Notes under the pieces: model-generated
Told to the model about the DNA's origin: nothing
The model's input: only the letters and a program-made list of their open reading frames with translations
Databases searched by the model: none
Part shown: in pieces, positions 49,081 to 58,817 of the stretch
Position numbering within the stretch: the first letter of the stretch is position 1
Layout of the letters: each line of letters opens with the position of its first letter
Position numbers and translations under genes: made by a program
NCBI GenBank assembly: GCA_964417715.1
Contig: CAYQJG010000001.1
Location: forward strand, 29,297-93,296
Length of the DNA: 64,000 bases
DNA from: an uncultured Lentisphaerales bacterium
Lineage (GTDB): Bacteria; Verrucomicrobiota; Kiritimatiellia; RFP12; CAYQJG01
Direction: 5' to 3'

Positions 49081-50172
49081 TCACTTTCCCCTTGCCTGCA
49101 GTTCTTCCTTGAGTTTCGCCACCAGCGTGTCCGGATCCTGCGACTTGGTGATCACGTCCTCGTAGTGGATGAGCCCCTTCAGGTAGAGCTCGAGCAGATG
49201 CGAGTCCAGCGTCGTCATGCCGTACTTGGAACCGGTCTGGATATCGGATGTGATCTGGAAGGTCTTGTTGTCGCGAATGCGCGCGCGAATCGCCGGCGTG
49301 GAGATCATGACCTCGAAGGCCGCCACGCGGCCCGGCTTGTCGGCCCGCGGCAGCAGCAACTGCGAGATCACCGCCACCAGGCCGACCGACAACTGCGTGC
49401 GCACCTGTTCCTGCCGGTCGGTCGAGAAGGCGTCCACGATGCGGTCGACGGTCGTGGCGGCGCCGGTCGTGTGCAGCGTGGCGAAGACAAGGTGACCTGT
49501 TTCGGCCGCCGTGATGGCGGCCTGCATCGTCTCGAGGTCGCGCATTTCGCCGACGAGAATCACGTCCGGGTCCTGGCGCAGGCCGCGGATGATCGCCTCG
49601 GCGAAGCTCGGCACGTCCACGCCGATCTCACGCTGCGTGACGATCGACTTCTTGTGGTTGTGGTAATACTCGATCGGATCCTCGATCGTCACGATATGGG
49701 CGTCGCGCTCGACGTTGATGATGTTGATCATGCTGGCCAGCGTGGTCGATTTGCCCGAACCGGTGGGGCCGGTAACGAGAATCAGGCCGCGCGGGCGGAA
49801 CAGCAGCTCCTTGACCTGGTTGGGCAGGCCGATCTGCTCCAGTGTGAGCAGTTTGGAGGGGATCAGACGCAGGACGACGCCCACGTTGCCCTTCTCCTTG
49901 AACACGCTCACGCGAAAGCGCGCCAGTTCGCCGAATCCGAAACCGAAGTCGGTGCCGCCGCGCTCGCGCACCTTCTGCTGATGCTCGGCCGATGTGATGC
50001 TCTTCATCAGCCGCTCGGTGTCATCGGGCGTGAGCGGCGCCGCGTCGAGCGGATTAAGCGCCCCGTGGATGCGCAGGATCGGCGGCACGCCCACGCGCAG
50101 ATGCAGGTCCGACGCGCCTTCGTCGAAGGCCAGCTGCAACAGATCGCTCATCTCAACGGCAGGGTTGCTCAT
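49081..50172 (-). CDS. pilT: Type IV pilus retraction ATPase PilT
   Basis: 363 aa. [21 protein letters not shown] Walker A and the PilT-specific C-terminal region. ATGA start/stop overlap with the upstream gspE-like gene. Confidence 0.88.
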   Translation of the reverse strand: MSNPAVEMSDLLQLAFDEGASDLHLRVGVPPILRIHGALNPLDAAPLTPDDTERLMKSITSAEHQQKVRERGGTDFGFGFGELARFRVSVFKEKGNVGVVLRLIPSKLLTLEQIGLPNQVKELLFRPRGLILVTGPTGSGKSTTLASMINIINVERDAHIVTIEDPIEYYHNHKKSIVTQREIGVDVPSFAEAIIRGLRQDPDVILVGEMRDLETMQAAITAAETGHLVFATLHTTGAATTVDRIVDAFSTDRQEQVRTQLSVGLVAVISQLLLPRADKPGRVAAFEVMISTPAIRARIRDNKTFQITSDIQTGSKYGMTTLDSHLLELYLKGLIHYEDVITKSQDPDTLVAKLKEELQARGK

Positions 50173-51878
50173 CAGTCCGCGTCTCCCATCGTCGCCCGCA
50201 ACACTTCTTCCAGCGTGGTCATGCCGGAGGCCACCTTCAGCAAGCCGTCCTCGCGCAACGTCCGCATGCCCATTTCGCGCGCACGGGCGCGCAACTGGGT
50301 CGACGGCAGGTGGTCGAAGATCATGCGCTGGATGCTGTCATCAACCGGAAACATCTCGAAGATGCCTTTGCGCCCCTTGTAGCCGGTCAGCGAGCAGACC
50401 GGGCAGCCGCGACCGCGGAAGAGTTCGCCCTTGGCCGTCTCGCGCGCGGCGCTCCCGAGCATCTTCATCTCGCGATCCGTGACGACATGCCGCTCGCGGC
50501 AGCTGTCGCAGATGCAGCGCACCAGCCGCTGGGCCATCGCCGCCCGCAGGGCCGATGCCACCAGGAACGGCTTCACACCGATGTCCAGCAGACGGGTCAC
50601 CGCGCTGGGCGCGTCGTTCGTGTGCAGCGTGCTGAACACCAGGTGACCGGTCAGCGCGGCCTCCATGGCGATATCGGCCGTTTCAGCGTCGCGGATTTCA
50701 CCGATCATCACGATGTTGGGTGCCTGGCGCAGGATGGCGCGCAAGGCGTTCGAGAACGTGAGACCGACGTCGCGGTTGACCTGCACCTGGTTGACGCCCG
50801 TCATCTGGTATTCGACCGGGTCCTCGACGGTGATGATCTTGCGATCGGGCAGGTTGATCTGTCCGAGGCAGGCATAGAGCGTGGTCGTCTTTCCCGAGCC
50901 GGTCGGCCCCGTCACCAGCAGCACGCCGTCCGGCAGCGCGATCAGACGCTCGAAGCGCTGCTGGTCATCGGACAGGAATCCGAGCTGCGGCAGACCGAAG
51001 GAGATCGTCTGCTTCTCGAGCAGACGCATGACAATGCTCTCGCCGTGGTTGGTCGGCACGGACGACACGCGCAAATCCAGTTCGCGGTTGCGGACATTGA
51101 CCTCGATGCGGCCGTCCTGCGGCACGCGTTTCTCGGAGATCTTCATGCCCGCCATGATCTTCACGCGCTGCAGGATCGCCGCCTGCAGCCGCTTGGGCGG
51201 CGCATCCATCTCCAGCAGCACGCCGTCGATGCGGTAGCGCACGCGGAACCGCTTCTCCATGGGTTCCAGGTGGATGTCGGAGGCGCGCCGGCGGCAGGCC
51301 TCCATGATGATCATGCTGACGAGTTTGATGACCGGCGCGTCGGAATCCGTCGATTCGGTGCCGGCGAGCTTCTCGTCCAGCGTCTGCGACGACACCTCCA
51401 CCTCGCCGTCGGCCATCTGGCCGATCAACCCCTCCATGTCGGTTTCGGAGGGGTAGAGCTTGTCGATCGCCGCCGTGATCTCCTTGCGCGAGGCTGTCAC
51501 CGCCTCGATCCGGCACTTGAGCAGGTAGCCCAGGCTGTCGAGCGTGTCGTAGTTCATCGGATCGCTCAACGCCACGGTCAGGGCGTCGCCGTTCCGGTAA
51601 AGCGGCACGACGCCGTACTTGCGCACGGCGTCGGCGGTCATCAGGTCGCGCACGTTCTGGTCGATGGTGGCAGGGTCGATGTGCACCACCTCCATGCCGA
51701 ACTGCGTCGCCACGAGGCTGAGAACATCCGCCTCGGCGATCACCTTCATGTTCAACAGGATGTCGACGACCGTCTCGCCTTCCTGGCGCAACGACATCGC
51801 GGCATTGTCAACCTGTTCCTGTGTCACCAGGCCGTGTTCCTGCAGCAGCTGCAGCACATAATCGTCGTTCGAAGTCAC
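50172..51878 (-). CDS. GspE/PilB-family type II secretion / type IV pilus assembly ATPase (paralog 1)
   Basis: Same architecture as paralog 2, with the CDSC…CPVC zinc motif. 568 aa. Confidence 0.85.
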   Translation of the reverse strand: MTSNDDYVLQLLQEHGLVTQEQVDNAAMSLRQEGETVVDILLNMKVIAEADVLSLVATQFGMEVVHIDPATIDQNVRDLMTADAVRKYGVVPLYRNGDALTVALSDPMNYDTLDSLGYLLKCRIEAVTASRKEITAAIDKLYPSETDMEGLIGQMADGEVEVSSQTLDEKLAGTESTDSDAPVIKLVSMIIMEACRRRASDIHLEPMEKRFRVRYRIDGVLLEMDAPPKRLQAAILQRVKIMAGMKISEKRVPQDGRIEVNVRNRELDLRVSSVPTNHGESIVMRLLEKQTISFGLPQLGFLSDDQQRFERLIALPDGVLLVTGPTGSGKTTTLYACLGQINLPDRKIITVEDPVEYQMTGVNQVQVNRDVGLTFSNALRAILRQAPNIVMIGEIRDAETADIAMEAALTGHLVFSTLHTNDAPSAVTRLLDIGVKPFLVASALRAAMAQRLVRCICDSCRERHVVTDREMKMLGSAARETAKGELFRGRGCPVCSLTGYKGRKGIFEMFPVDDSIQRMIFDHLPSTQLRARAREMGMRTLREDGLLKVASGMTTLEEVLRATMGDAD

Positions 51879-51919
51879 GCCGGTTCTCCTGCGCTACGGG
51901 CGGCTTGCCCGTCGCGCGT

Positions 51920-53347
51920 TCATTGCGCGGCCAACCGTTCCGCCACCAGCCGTCCCGCAAGTTTCGGGTCCGCCTTGCCACGACTCAATTTCATCACCTG
52001 CCCGACGAAAAAGGCCGCTGCGGCCTGCTTGCCGGCCTTCCAATCCGCCACCGTCTTCGGGTTCGCCGCAATCGCCTGGTCGACCAGCCGGACGACCTCA
52101 TCGCCGTCGCTCACCTGCCCCAGTCCGCGCGCCGTCACCAGCGCCGCCGGCCGGCCGCCCTGCGCGAACAGCTCGGGCAACAGTTCTTTCGCCGTCGGCA
52201 TGTTGATTGTGCCGGCGCTCACCAGCCCGATCAGCTCGGACAACGCCTCCGGCGTGAGCGCGCTGGCACCCAGCGTTTTGCCCGTCTCGGTCAGCAGACG
52301 CAGCACATCGGTCATCACCCAGTTCGAGACGGCCTTGCCATTGCCGCAGGCGCGCGCCGCCGCCTCGAAGAAGTCCGCGACCTCGCGATCCGCCGCCAGC
52401 ACCCCCGCATCATACTCCGGAATGCCGTATTCCGCCACCAGCCGTGTGCGTCGCCGTGAAGGCAGCTCGGGCAGCTCGGACCGCCACGCCTCGATCTGGG
52501 CGCGGTCGAGCACCACCGGCAGCAGGTCGGGCTCGGGAAAGTACCGGTAATCGTGCGCGTCTTCCTTGGAGCGCATCGGCAGCGTCACGCCGGCATCGGG
52601 ATCCCAGCGCCGTGTCTCCTGGATGACCCGCCCGCCGCCCTGCAGGAGGTCGATCTGGCGGCGCACCTCGAACTCCAGCGCCGCGTGCACAGCCTTGAAG
52701 CTGTTCATGTTCTTGAGTTCGGCCTTGGTTCCAAGCTGCTTCTGGCCGGCCGGGCGCACGCTGACGTTCACGTCACAGCGCAGGTTGCCCTCCTCCATGT
52801 TGCAGTCGCTGACGCCGGTGTAGAGCAGGATCTGCTTGAGCGTCTGAAGGAAGGCGACCGTCTCCTCGACCGAAGTCATCTCGGGTTCGGTCACGATCTC
52901 CATCAGCGGCACGCCCGCGCGGTTGAAATCCACGCCGCTGCACGTGCTGTGGTGGGTGCTCTTGCCGACATCCTCCTCGAGGTGGATGCGCGTCAAGGCG
53001 ATGCGGCGCGTTCCGCCAGGCACCGGAATCTCCACCGCGCCGCCCAGGCAGAGCGGCTTGTCATACTGCGAAATCTGGTAATTCTTGGGCATGTCGGGGT
53101 AGAAATAGCTCTTCCGGTCGAACTTGCTGTACGGGTTGACCTCACAGCCGAGCATCAGTCCGGACAGAACGGTCAGCCGCACGGCCTCGCGGTTCATCAC
53201 CGGCATCGCCCCGGGATAGCCCAGGCAGACCGGACAGACATGCATGTTGGGTTCGGCGCCGAAGGACGTCGCGCAGCCGCAGAACATCTTCGAGCGCGTC
53301 CGCAGCTGCACGTGCACCTCGAGACCGACTGACACGGAGTAGGTCAT
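51920..53347 (-). CDS. gatB: Asp-tRNA(Asn)/Glu-tRNA(Gln) amidotransferase subunit B
   Basis: GLEVHVQL…MFCGCATSFGAEPNMHVCPVCLGYPG motif region. Confidence 0.92.
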   Translation of the reverse strand: MTYSVSVGLEVHVQLRTRSKMFCGCATSFGAEPNMHVCPVCLGYPGAMPVMNREAVRLTVLSGLMLGCEVNPYSKFDRKSYFYPDMPKNYQISQYDKPLCLGGAVEIPVPGGTRRIALTRIHLEEDVGKSTHHSTCSGVDFNRAGVPLMEIVTEPEMTSVEETVAFLQTLKQILLYTGVSDCNMEEGNLRCDVNVSVRPAGQKQLGTKAELKNMNSFKAVHAALEFEVRRQIDLLQGGGRVIQETRRWDPDAGVTLPMRSKEDAHDYRYFPEPDLLPVVLDRAQIEAWRSELPELPSRRRTRLVAEYGIPEYDAGVLAADREVADFFEAAARACGNGKAVSNWVMTDVLRLLTETGKTLGASALTPEALSELIGLVSAGTINMPTAKELLPELFAQGGRPAALVTARGLGQVSDGDEVVRLVDQAIAANPKTVADWKAGKQAAAAFFVGQVMKLSRGKADPKLAGRLVAERLAAQ

Positions 53348-54798
53348 GGCTGCCCCTCCCGCGTCCGCTCAATCGCCCGACCCACGCGCAGCACGCGCTC
53401 CTCGCCGAAGGCGGGCCCCAGCACCTGCACCCCCACCGGCCGGCCATCGGCCGCACACCCGCATGGGACCGAGAGGCCGCAGATGCCGGCCAGGTTGGCC
53501 GTCACCGTGAAGATATCGCCCAGGTACATCTGCAGCGGATCGTCAGCCGTCTCGCCGATGCGGTAGGCCGGCACGGGTGTCACCGGCGTCAGCAGGGCGT
53601 CGCACTGCGTGAAGACCGACTCAAAATCGCGGCGGATCAGCGTACGCGCCTGCTGCGCCCGCAGGTAGTAAGCGTCGTGATAGCCGCTGCTGAGCACATA
53701 CGTCCCCAGGATGATTCGACGCTTGACCTCGTTGCCGAAGCCCGCGGCACGCGTCAGATCGTAGAGGTCGCCCGTCGAGCCCGCACCGGGCGGACGCGTG
53801 CCGTAGCGCACGCCGTCGAAACGCGCCAGGTTGGCCGATGCCTCGGCCGTCGCGAGGATGTAATAAGTAGCCACGGCGTATTCGGTGTGCGGCAACGAGA
53901 TGTCGACGATCTCGGCGCCCAGTGCCTGGCAGGTGGCCACCGCCGCACGCACGCGCGCCGCCACGTCCGGGTGCAGTCCGGCGACGAAGTACTCCCGCGG
54001 CAGACCGAGCCGCATCCCCTTGAGATCCCCGCTGCCACCATCTGCAAGCGCCTGCACGTAGTCGGGCACCGGGCGGTCGAGCGACGTGGCGTCCAGCGGG
54101 TCGCGGCCCGCCATCACGCCCAGCAGCAGGGCGGCATCCTCGACCGTGCGTGTCAACGGCCCGATCTGGTCGAGTGACGACGCATAGGCAACGAGGCCAT
54201 AGCGCGAGATGCGCCCATAGGACGGCTTGAGCCCCACGCAACCGCAGAACGAGGCCGGTTGACGGATCGAGCCGCCGGTATCCGTGCCCAGCGCCGCCAG
54301 CGCCAGTCCGCCGGCCACCGCCGCCGCGGAGCCGCCGCTGGACCCGCCCGGCACACACCCCGGCGCAGCCGGGTTCTGGGTCACCTGGAAAGCCGAGTTT
54401 TCGGACGTGGACCCCATGGCGAACTCGTCCATGTTGGTCCGGCCGACGAACAGCGCACCGGCGACGCGCAGCCGCGCGATCGCCGTGGCATCATACGGCG
54501 CCGTGTACCCGCGCAGCAGGCGCGAACCGCAGGTGCAGGGCTGCCCCATGACGTTGACGATATCCTTGATCGCCAGCGGAACACCCAGCAGCGCCCCGTC
54601 GGCACCGCCGGCCCGCGCGCGATCCGCCGCTTCGGCCTGACGCAGGGCGTCGGCTTCATCGACCCACAGGTAGGCGCGCAGTTCGGCGTCGCGCGCGGCG
54701 ATCGCCCCCAGCACCGCGCGCGTCAGATCCACTGACGAGAACGTCTTGCGCCGCAACCCTTCGGCGGCCCGACACAGACTGAGGTGCGCAATATCCAA
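53344..54798 (-). CDS. gatA: Glutamyl-tRNA(Gln) amidotransferase subunit A (amidase signature family)
   Basis: GGSSGGSAAAVA…GTDTGGSIRQPASFCG amidase signature. The true start is inferred to be a TTG (MDIAHLSL…) 2 nt after the gatC stop. The track ORF over-extends and overlaps gatC. Confidence 0.88.
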   Translation of the reverse strand: MDIAHLSLCRAAEGLRRKTFSSVDLTRAVLGAIAARDAELRAYLWVDEADALRQAEAADRARAGGADGALLGVPLAIKDIVNVMGQPCTCGSRLLRGYTAPYDATAIARLRVAGALFVGRTNMDEFAMGSTSENSAFQVTQNPAAPGCVPGGSSGGSAAAVAGGLALAALGTDTGGSIRQPASFCGCVGLKPSYGRISRYGLVAYASSLDQIGPLTRTVEDAALLLGVMAGRDPLDATSLDRPVPDYVQALADGGSGDLKGMRLGLPREYFVAGLHPDVAARVRAAVATCQALGAEIVDISLPHTEYAVATYYILATAEASANLARFDGVRYGTRPPGAGSTGDLYDLTRAAGFGNEVKRRIILGTYVLSSGYHDAYYLRAQQARTLIRRDFESVFTQCDALLTPVTPVPAYRIGETADDPLQMYLGDIFTVTANLAGICGLSVPCGCAADGRPVGVQVLGPAFGEERVLRVGRAIERTREGQP

Positions 54799-54802
54799 CG
54801 AC

Positions 54803-55123
54803 CTACTCCACGATCCGGGGAACCTTGAACTCATCCCCGATTCGCTCGGGGGCATTGGCCAGCACGCACTCGCGTGGCAGACTCGGGCGGGTCACGTCGT
54901 CCCGGAAGACATTGTAGACGGGTTGCCCATGCGAAGTCGGCTCGATGCCGGCCACGTCGAGACCAGCGATCTTGTCCACGTAAGACAGAATGGTCTCAAG
55001 CTGGCGCTGGAAGACCTCCTGCTCGGACGCCGTCAGCCGGATGTGCGCCAACCGCGCAACATACGCAACATCAATGTGTTCGGAAGCCAATGCCTCGCTC
55101 CTTCGTGTCGCATGGAGAAGCAC
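54803..55123 (-). CDS. gatC: Asp-tRNA(Asn)/Glu-tRNA(Gln) amidotransferase subunit C
   Basis: ~100 aa (…IDVAYVARLAHIRLTASEQE…). Its position ahead of gatA-gatB completes the gatCAB operon. Confidence 0.8.
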   Translation of the reverse strand: MLLHATRRSEALASEHIDVAYVARLAHIRLTASEQEVFQRQLETILSYVDKIAGLDVAGIEPTSHGQPVYNVFRDDVTRPSLPRECVLANAPERIGDEFKVPRIVE

Positions 55124-55215
55124 GTCGCAATTGACAGGGCATCATATCGACTCCCTCCCGCGGCGACAACCTGAAACTCCCCGCCCAGAGAGGCGCGCCA
55201 CGCCGGGAGAGGCCC

Positions 55216-56754
55216 TTACTGCGCAACGCGGGTGGCCGCCGCTCGCAGAACCGGCGGAGCGACCTTGATGACCTGCGGGAAGGCAAGCTCCGACTGGGCC
55301 AGCGGCAACGCCTTGGGGCTGGTGCCCGTCGCAGGCTGCAGGTAGGCGCGAACCACAATCATGAGCGGCTCGTTCATGGGTACCTGGTCTTCGGTGACCT
55401 CAAAAGTATATGGGGCATCGCTGGGCTCGCGCGTAAAGGTCACCTGCCAGACCTTGTCGGCGTCCGGGTCGCCCGGCAGGTAGGCGTCGGCGCTGCCGGC
55501 CAGTTGGTTCATCACGATGGAATAGAACGCGGTCAGTCCACTCAGACGGGTGACCGACACGTTGACGTAGGTGGCCTTGCCTGACATCTCGTGGTTGTAG
55601 CCGACGACGACCAGTTTCTCGGGCGCCGGGCCCAGCATGGCGAAAGAAACCATGTAGGGCGTGTCGCGGCAGTCGGCAAAACAGGGGACCAGCCGTTCGA
55701 TGCCGATGTACCCGTCCTCCCAGGGAACGGGTATCGCGCGGCGCACCTGACAGGATCGACGCCCATAGCGCTCGACGATGCGATCAACAAGCCGGCGGAC
55801 AGGTCGGCCGTCCTCAATATCCCCCGTGCCCTGTGCGCGCAGGGGCGGAAACGGGATGGGGACCGGCTTCTGCTGCACAACGGGACGCACGCGCAACACC
55901 GTGGCACCCGGGTCCTGAAGCCATTCATAGGTCGGCGAACCTTCAAGCAGTGCATCCGGATCGGCAATCCGCGCCAACACGGTGAGTACGTCCGACTTGT
56001 TGCCGTAGCCCATGCGGACCAGCGGCGTCACACCATCCTCCTTGAGCGTCGGAATGACCAGCGTGTTGACCATCGACTCCGGGAAACCGGCCGCGGCCAG
56101 GGCCCTGCGCGCCGCCTGCTCCGTGGCCCGGTCGCCGGTCACGATCATGGCCATCCGCTTCCCGAACGCGTCCTCGCCGGGCCCGGCCGATGTCTTGATG
56201 ACAAGCTGGTTCAACGAATCACCGAGACTCCCGAACACCTCGATCCGATCATCATAGGGCGGGTTGCCCTTCTCCCGGCGCGTGTTGTACCGGCTGAAGA
56301 CATACGCCGTGTACGAGAAGTACGGGCACGGCGGCGGCGTCGTGCCCAGGTGGATCAGGGCTTCATCGGCGCGCAGCCGGTACCCCATCCGCATGCCCTC
56401 GTCAAGGGTGTAGCGCCCCTCCGGGTCCGGGTCCGGTTCACCGGGCGCGAGCGGTACCTCCATGATCCCGTAAGGCGAGGTGGGGTTGTTCACGTAGCAG
56501 ATCGGCAGGGAGGCGCAATCCTCGATGCGGAAGATTCTGAAGCAGCCATCCTGCACGTCGAAGCGCTCCGCACTGAGCGCAGCGCGCACCCGGCTGACTT
56601 CGTCCGGGGAAATCCTGGCATGCGTCGCGGCAAGGTCACCGGAGGACGAAGGCAACCCGGAGGAGCCCCCCCCTGCGCAGCACGCGAACGCGACACCCAA
56701 CACGGCCACAGCGGGCCGACAGCACGTCTGTATGGTTCCACGCATGGCCGGCAT
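55216..56754 (-). CDS. Hypothetical lipoprotein (512 aa)
   Basis: Signal peptide with a lipobox-like VAFAC|C. No recognisable domain. Confidence 0.45.
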   Translation of the reverse strand: MPAMRGTIQTCCRPAVAVLGVAFACCAGGGSSGLPSSSGDLAATHARISPDEVSRVRAALSAERFDVQDGCFRIFRIEDCASLPICYVNNPTSPYGIMEVPLAPGEPDPDPEGRYTLDEGMRMGYRLRADEALIHLGTTPPPCPYFSYTAYVFSRYNTRREKGNPPYDDRIEVFGSLGDSLNQLVIKTSAGPGEDAFGKRMAMIVTGDRATEQAARRALAAAGFPESMVNTLVIPTLKEDGVTPLVRMGYGNKSDVLTVLARIADPDALLEGSPTYEWLQDPGATVLRVRPVVQQKPVPIPFPPLRAQGTGDIEDGRPVRRLVDRIVERYGRRSCQVRRAIPVPWEDGYIGIERLVPCFADCRDTPYMVSFAMLGPAPEKLVVVGYNHEMSGKATYVNVSVTRLSGLTAFYSIVMNQLAGSADAYLPGDPDADKVWQVTFTREPSDAPYTFEVTEDQVPMNEPLMIVVRAYLQPATGTSPKALPLAQSELAFPQVIKVAPPVLRAAATRVAQ

Positions 56755-56811
56755 GCTGCCAGAACTGCAGCAGGCAAGTCAAGAGGCGGCAGACACCCCG
56801 CACGCGCGGCT

Positions 56812-57765
56812 TCAGTCCGGCAGGACCGCGTCGAAGCCGTGCGTGGTGGCCACGCGTCCGGCCAGGCCGAACAACTGCAGCTTCACTTTCTTGTGCCGCT
56901 TGAGCTCCTGGCGCAGCGTCGTCACATCGGCAGACGCATTCAGGCTCTCATCGACCGCGTATTCGATCAGTTGCAGCGACTTGGCCTTGATCACGGAGTA
57001 AATCGACGACCCGTGCGACTGATCGCTCGTGCGCGAACCCAGGCGCAGCGGCAGACGGAACGACTTGTTGCCCACGACCAGCCTGGCCTCGGTCGCCACG
57101 ATCGCGTCCTGATACCCCTGATTGCCCACCGCCGCGCGCACAATCAAGTGCTCCGAGAACTCGCGCGCCGGCCCAAGCTTCTTGGCCAGTTCGGCGATCA
57201 GCGAGTTGACGAACGCATCCTCGGTTTCGCTCCTCGTGCGCTCGTTGCCCATCATCTCCTTGACGCGCACCAGCGTCTTCTGCGTCTCGGCGCGCAGGTC
57301 CGCCATCAAGGCGCTCCGATAGTGTTCGCGGTAGACGGGAGCCAGGCGGACCAGCAGCGCCGCATCGACCTGCTCGCCGCCCAGGGCCAGCAGATCGGAG
57401 TCGATCCTTCTGCGTTGCTGCTCCTGCAGATCGCGGTACTGCAAGGCCAGTTCATGCACCACACGGAACTCCTGAATGGTGAAGAAGTTGCCCCGGACAC
57501 ACCGCTCGAACCCCCAATGGACGCGGCTGTCGACGTAGGCCATCAGATGGCCGAACATCAGCAGGTCGGTCTGGAGTTGCACGGGCAGCGAAACGCCGTC
57601 CTCATAGCAGACCTCGGCATGGCCGACGTGCACGCGCGGCCGCGTGAAGAACCGCTCAATGAAGAAACCCGCCGGTGCGCCGATCAGGCCACCGGCCAGA
57701 CTGCCGCCAATCATAGCCACTGCATTTGCGTCCACAGACCCCTCCCCGGTTGAGCGCCCGCGCAC
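56812..57765 (-). CDS. Hypothetical protein with an N-terminal TM helix (317 aa)
   Basis: AVAMIGGSLAGGLIGAPAGFFI hydrophobic segment. No recognisable domain. Lies 57 bp upstream of the lipoprotein gene on the same strand. Confidence 0.4.
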   Translation of the reverse strand: MRGRSTGEGSVDANAVAMIGGSLAGGLIGAPAGFFIERFFTRPRVHVGHAEVCYEDGVSLPVQLQTDLLMFGHLMAYVDSRVHWGFERCVRGNFFTIQEFRVVHELALQYRDLQEQQRRRIDSDLLALGGEQVDAALLVRLAPVYREHYRSALMADLRAETQKTLVRVKEMMGNERTRSETEDAFVNSLIAELAKKLGPAREFSEHLIVRAAVGNQGYQDAIVATEARLVVGNKSFRLPLRLGSRTSDQSHGSSIYSVIKAKSLQLIEYAVDESLNASADVTTLRQELKRHKKVKLQLFGLAGRVATTHGFDAVLPD

Positions 57766-57941
57766 AGGATGACACGCGCTTCCTTGTCTCTTAGCGTAGG
57801 CTGATAGCGATCAACTGTCAACGCGGTTTCGGCCAAGCATCAGACCGGGTGCCGGGCATATCGATTGACATTCCTGATCGGACGTACAATCATCTGGTGC
57901 ACTGAGATGCTGTTACACCGGAAAGATGCTTCAACCGGCTG

Positions 57942-58817
57942 GTGGAGGAGCTCGCCATGCAGCTTCGCAAACGGATGAAACGAAGCAAGCCCGCGCCACG
58001 CAACCCCATGCATGGAGCGGTCCTGCAACTCGCACACCCGTGGAAGCAGCACGATGCGTCGGCTGTATGCGAGGCACTGGCGGGCCTGTACGTCGAATTG
58101 TGGCCGCGGCAGGCGCCGAGCGCAATCCCCGCGGGCGGCGGGGCGCGGTGCGTTGCCATCCGTTCCGAGTTGTGGGGTGGGCCGGCGGCGGGCGGAGCGC
58201 TGCGCCGCGTAGCCTGTCCGCATGGTCAGCCCTGCGCCGTCATGGTCGCGCCTGACGTGCCGGACTACAGCCTGGTGGTCCGGTTGGGCGCCTGCGGTCG
58301 CGGGCCGGCGGTGCACACAGACGCCCTGGCGTCCGACTCGGCCAACCGGGAGGCGCTGTTCGAGACCGCCGTCAACACCCTGTCGCTCATGCTCGGCCAC
58401 GTGCGCGCCGTGCCGGCGCATGGCCCCGGCGCCCGTGCCGCGACACACGACCTGTCGTTGCGGCAGAAACGGATGGTGCTGGGCGTGTGCCGTTGTGTCC
58501 ATGAACAGTACGGCGACTGCCACCTGGGCCTGCGCCGTCTGGCGCTAGAGGCCGATGTCTCTGTCTCACACCTCTGCGCCCTCTTCACACACGGCGTAGG
58601 CATCCCCTTCCGCTCGTACCTGCGGCTGTGGCGGCTGCACAAGGCGCGTGCGTGGCTGCTGGAGGACCGTCTGGAGATCAAGGAGATCGCCTTTCGCGCC
58701 GGATTCAGCGACCCGAATCGCTTACGGCTCGAGTTCAAGGCGGACACAGGCATGGCGCCGCGCGTCTGGCGCGAGACATGCCGCTGCACACCTGCGAGCT
58801 GGACGGCAGCTCCCTAA
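57942..58817 (+). CDS. AraC-family transcriptional regulator
   Basis: C-terminal HTH_18/AraC helix region (…IKEIAFRAGFSDPNRLRLEFKADTGMAPRVWRE). Confidence 0.7.
   Translation: MEELAMQLRKRMKRSKPAPRNPMHGAVLQLAHPWKQHDASAVCEALAGLYVELWPRQAPSAIPAGGGARCVAIRSELWGGPAAGGALRRVACPHGQPCAVMVAPDVPDYSLVVRLGACGRGPAVHTDALASDSANREALFETAVNTLSLMLGHVRAVPAHGPGARAATHDLSLRQKRMVLGVCRCVHEQYGDCHLGLRRLALEADVSVSHLCALFTHGVGIPFRSYLRLWRLHKARAWLLEDRLEIKEIAFRAGFSDPNRLRLEFKADTGMAPRVWRETCRCTPASWTAAP

Noticed and set aside
53344-54855. Track start for gatA at 54855 (ATG)
   Set aside because: It would overlap gatC by 53 bp. A TTG start 2 nt after the gatC stop gives an N-terminus (MDIAHLSL…) of GatA-like length and context.
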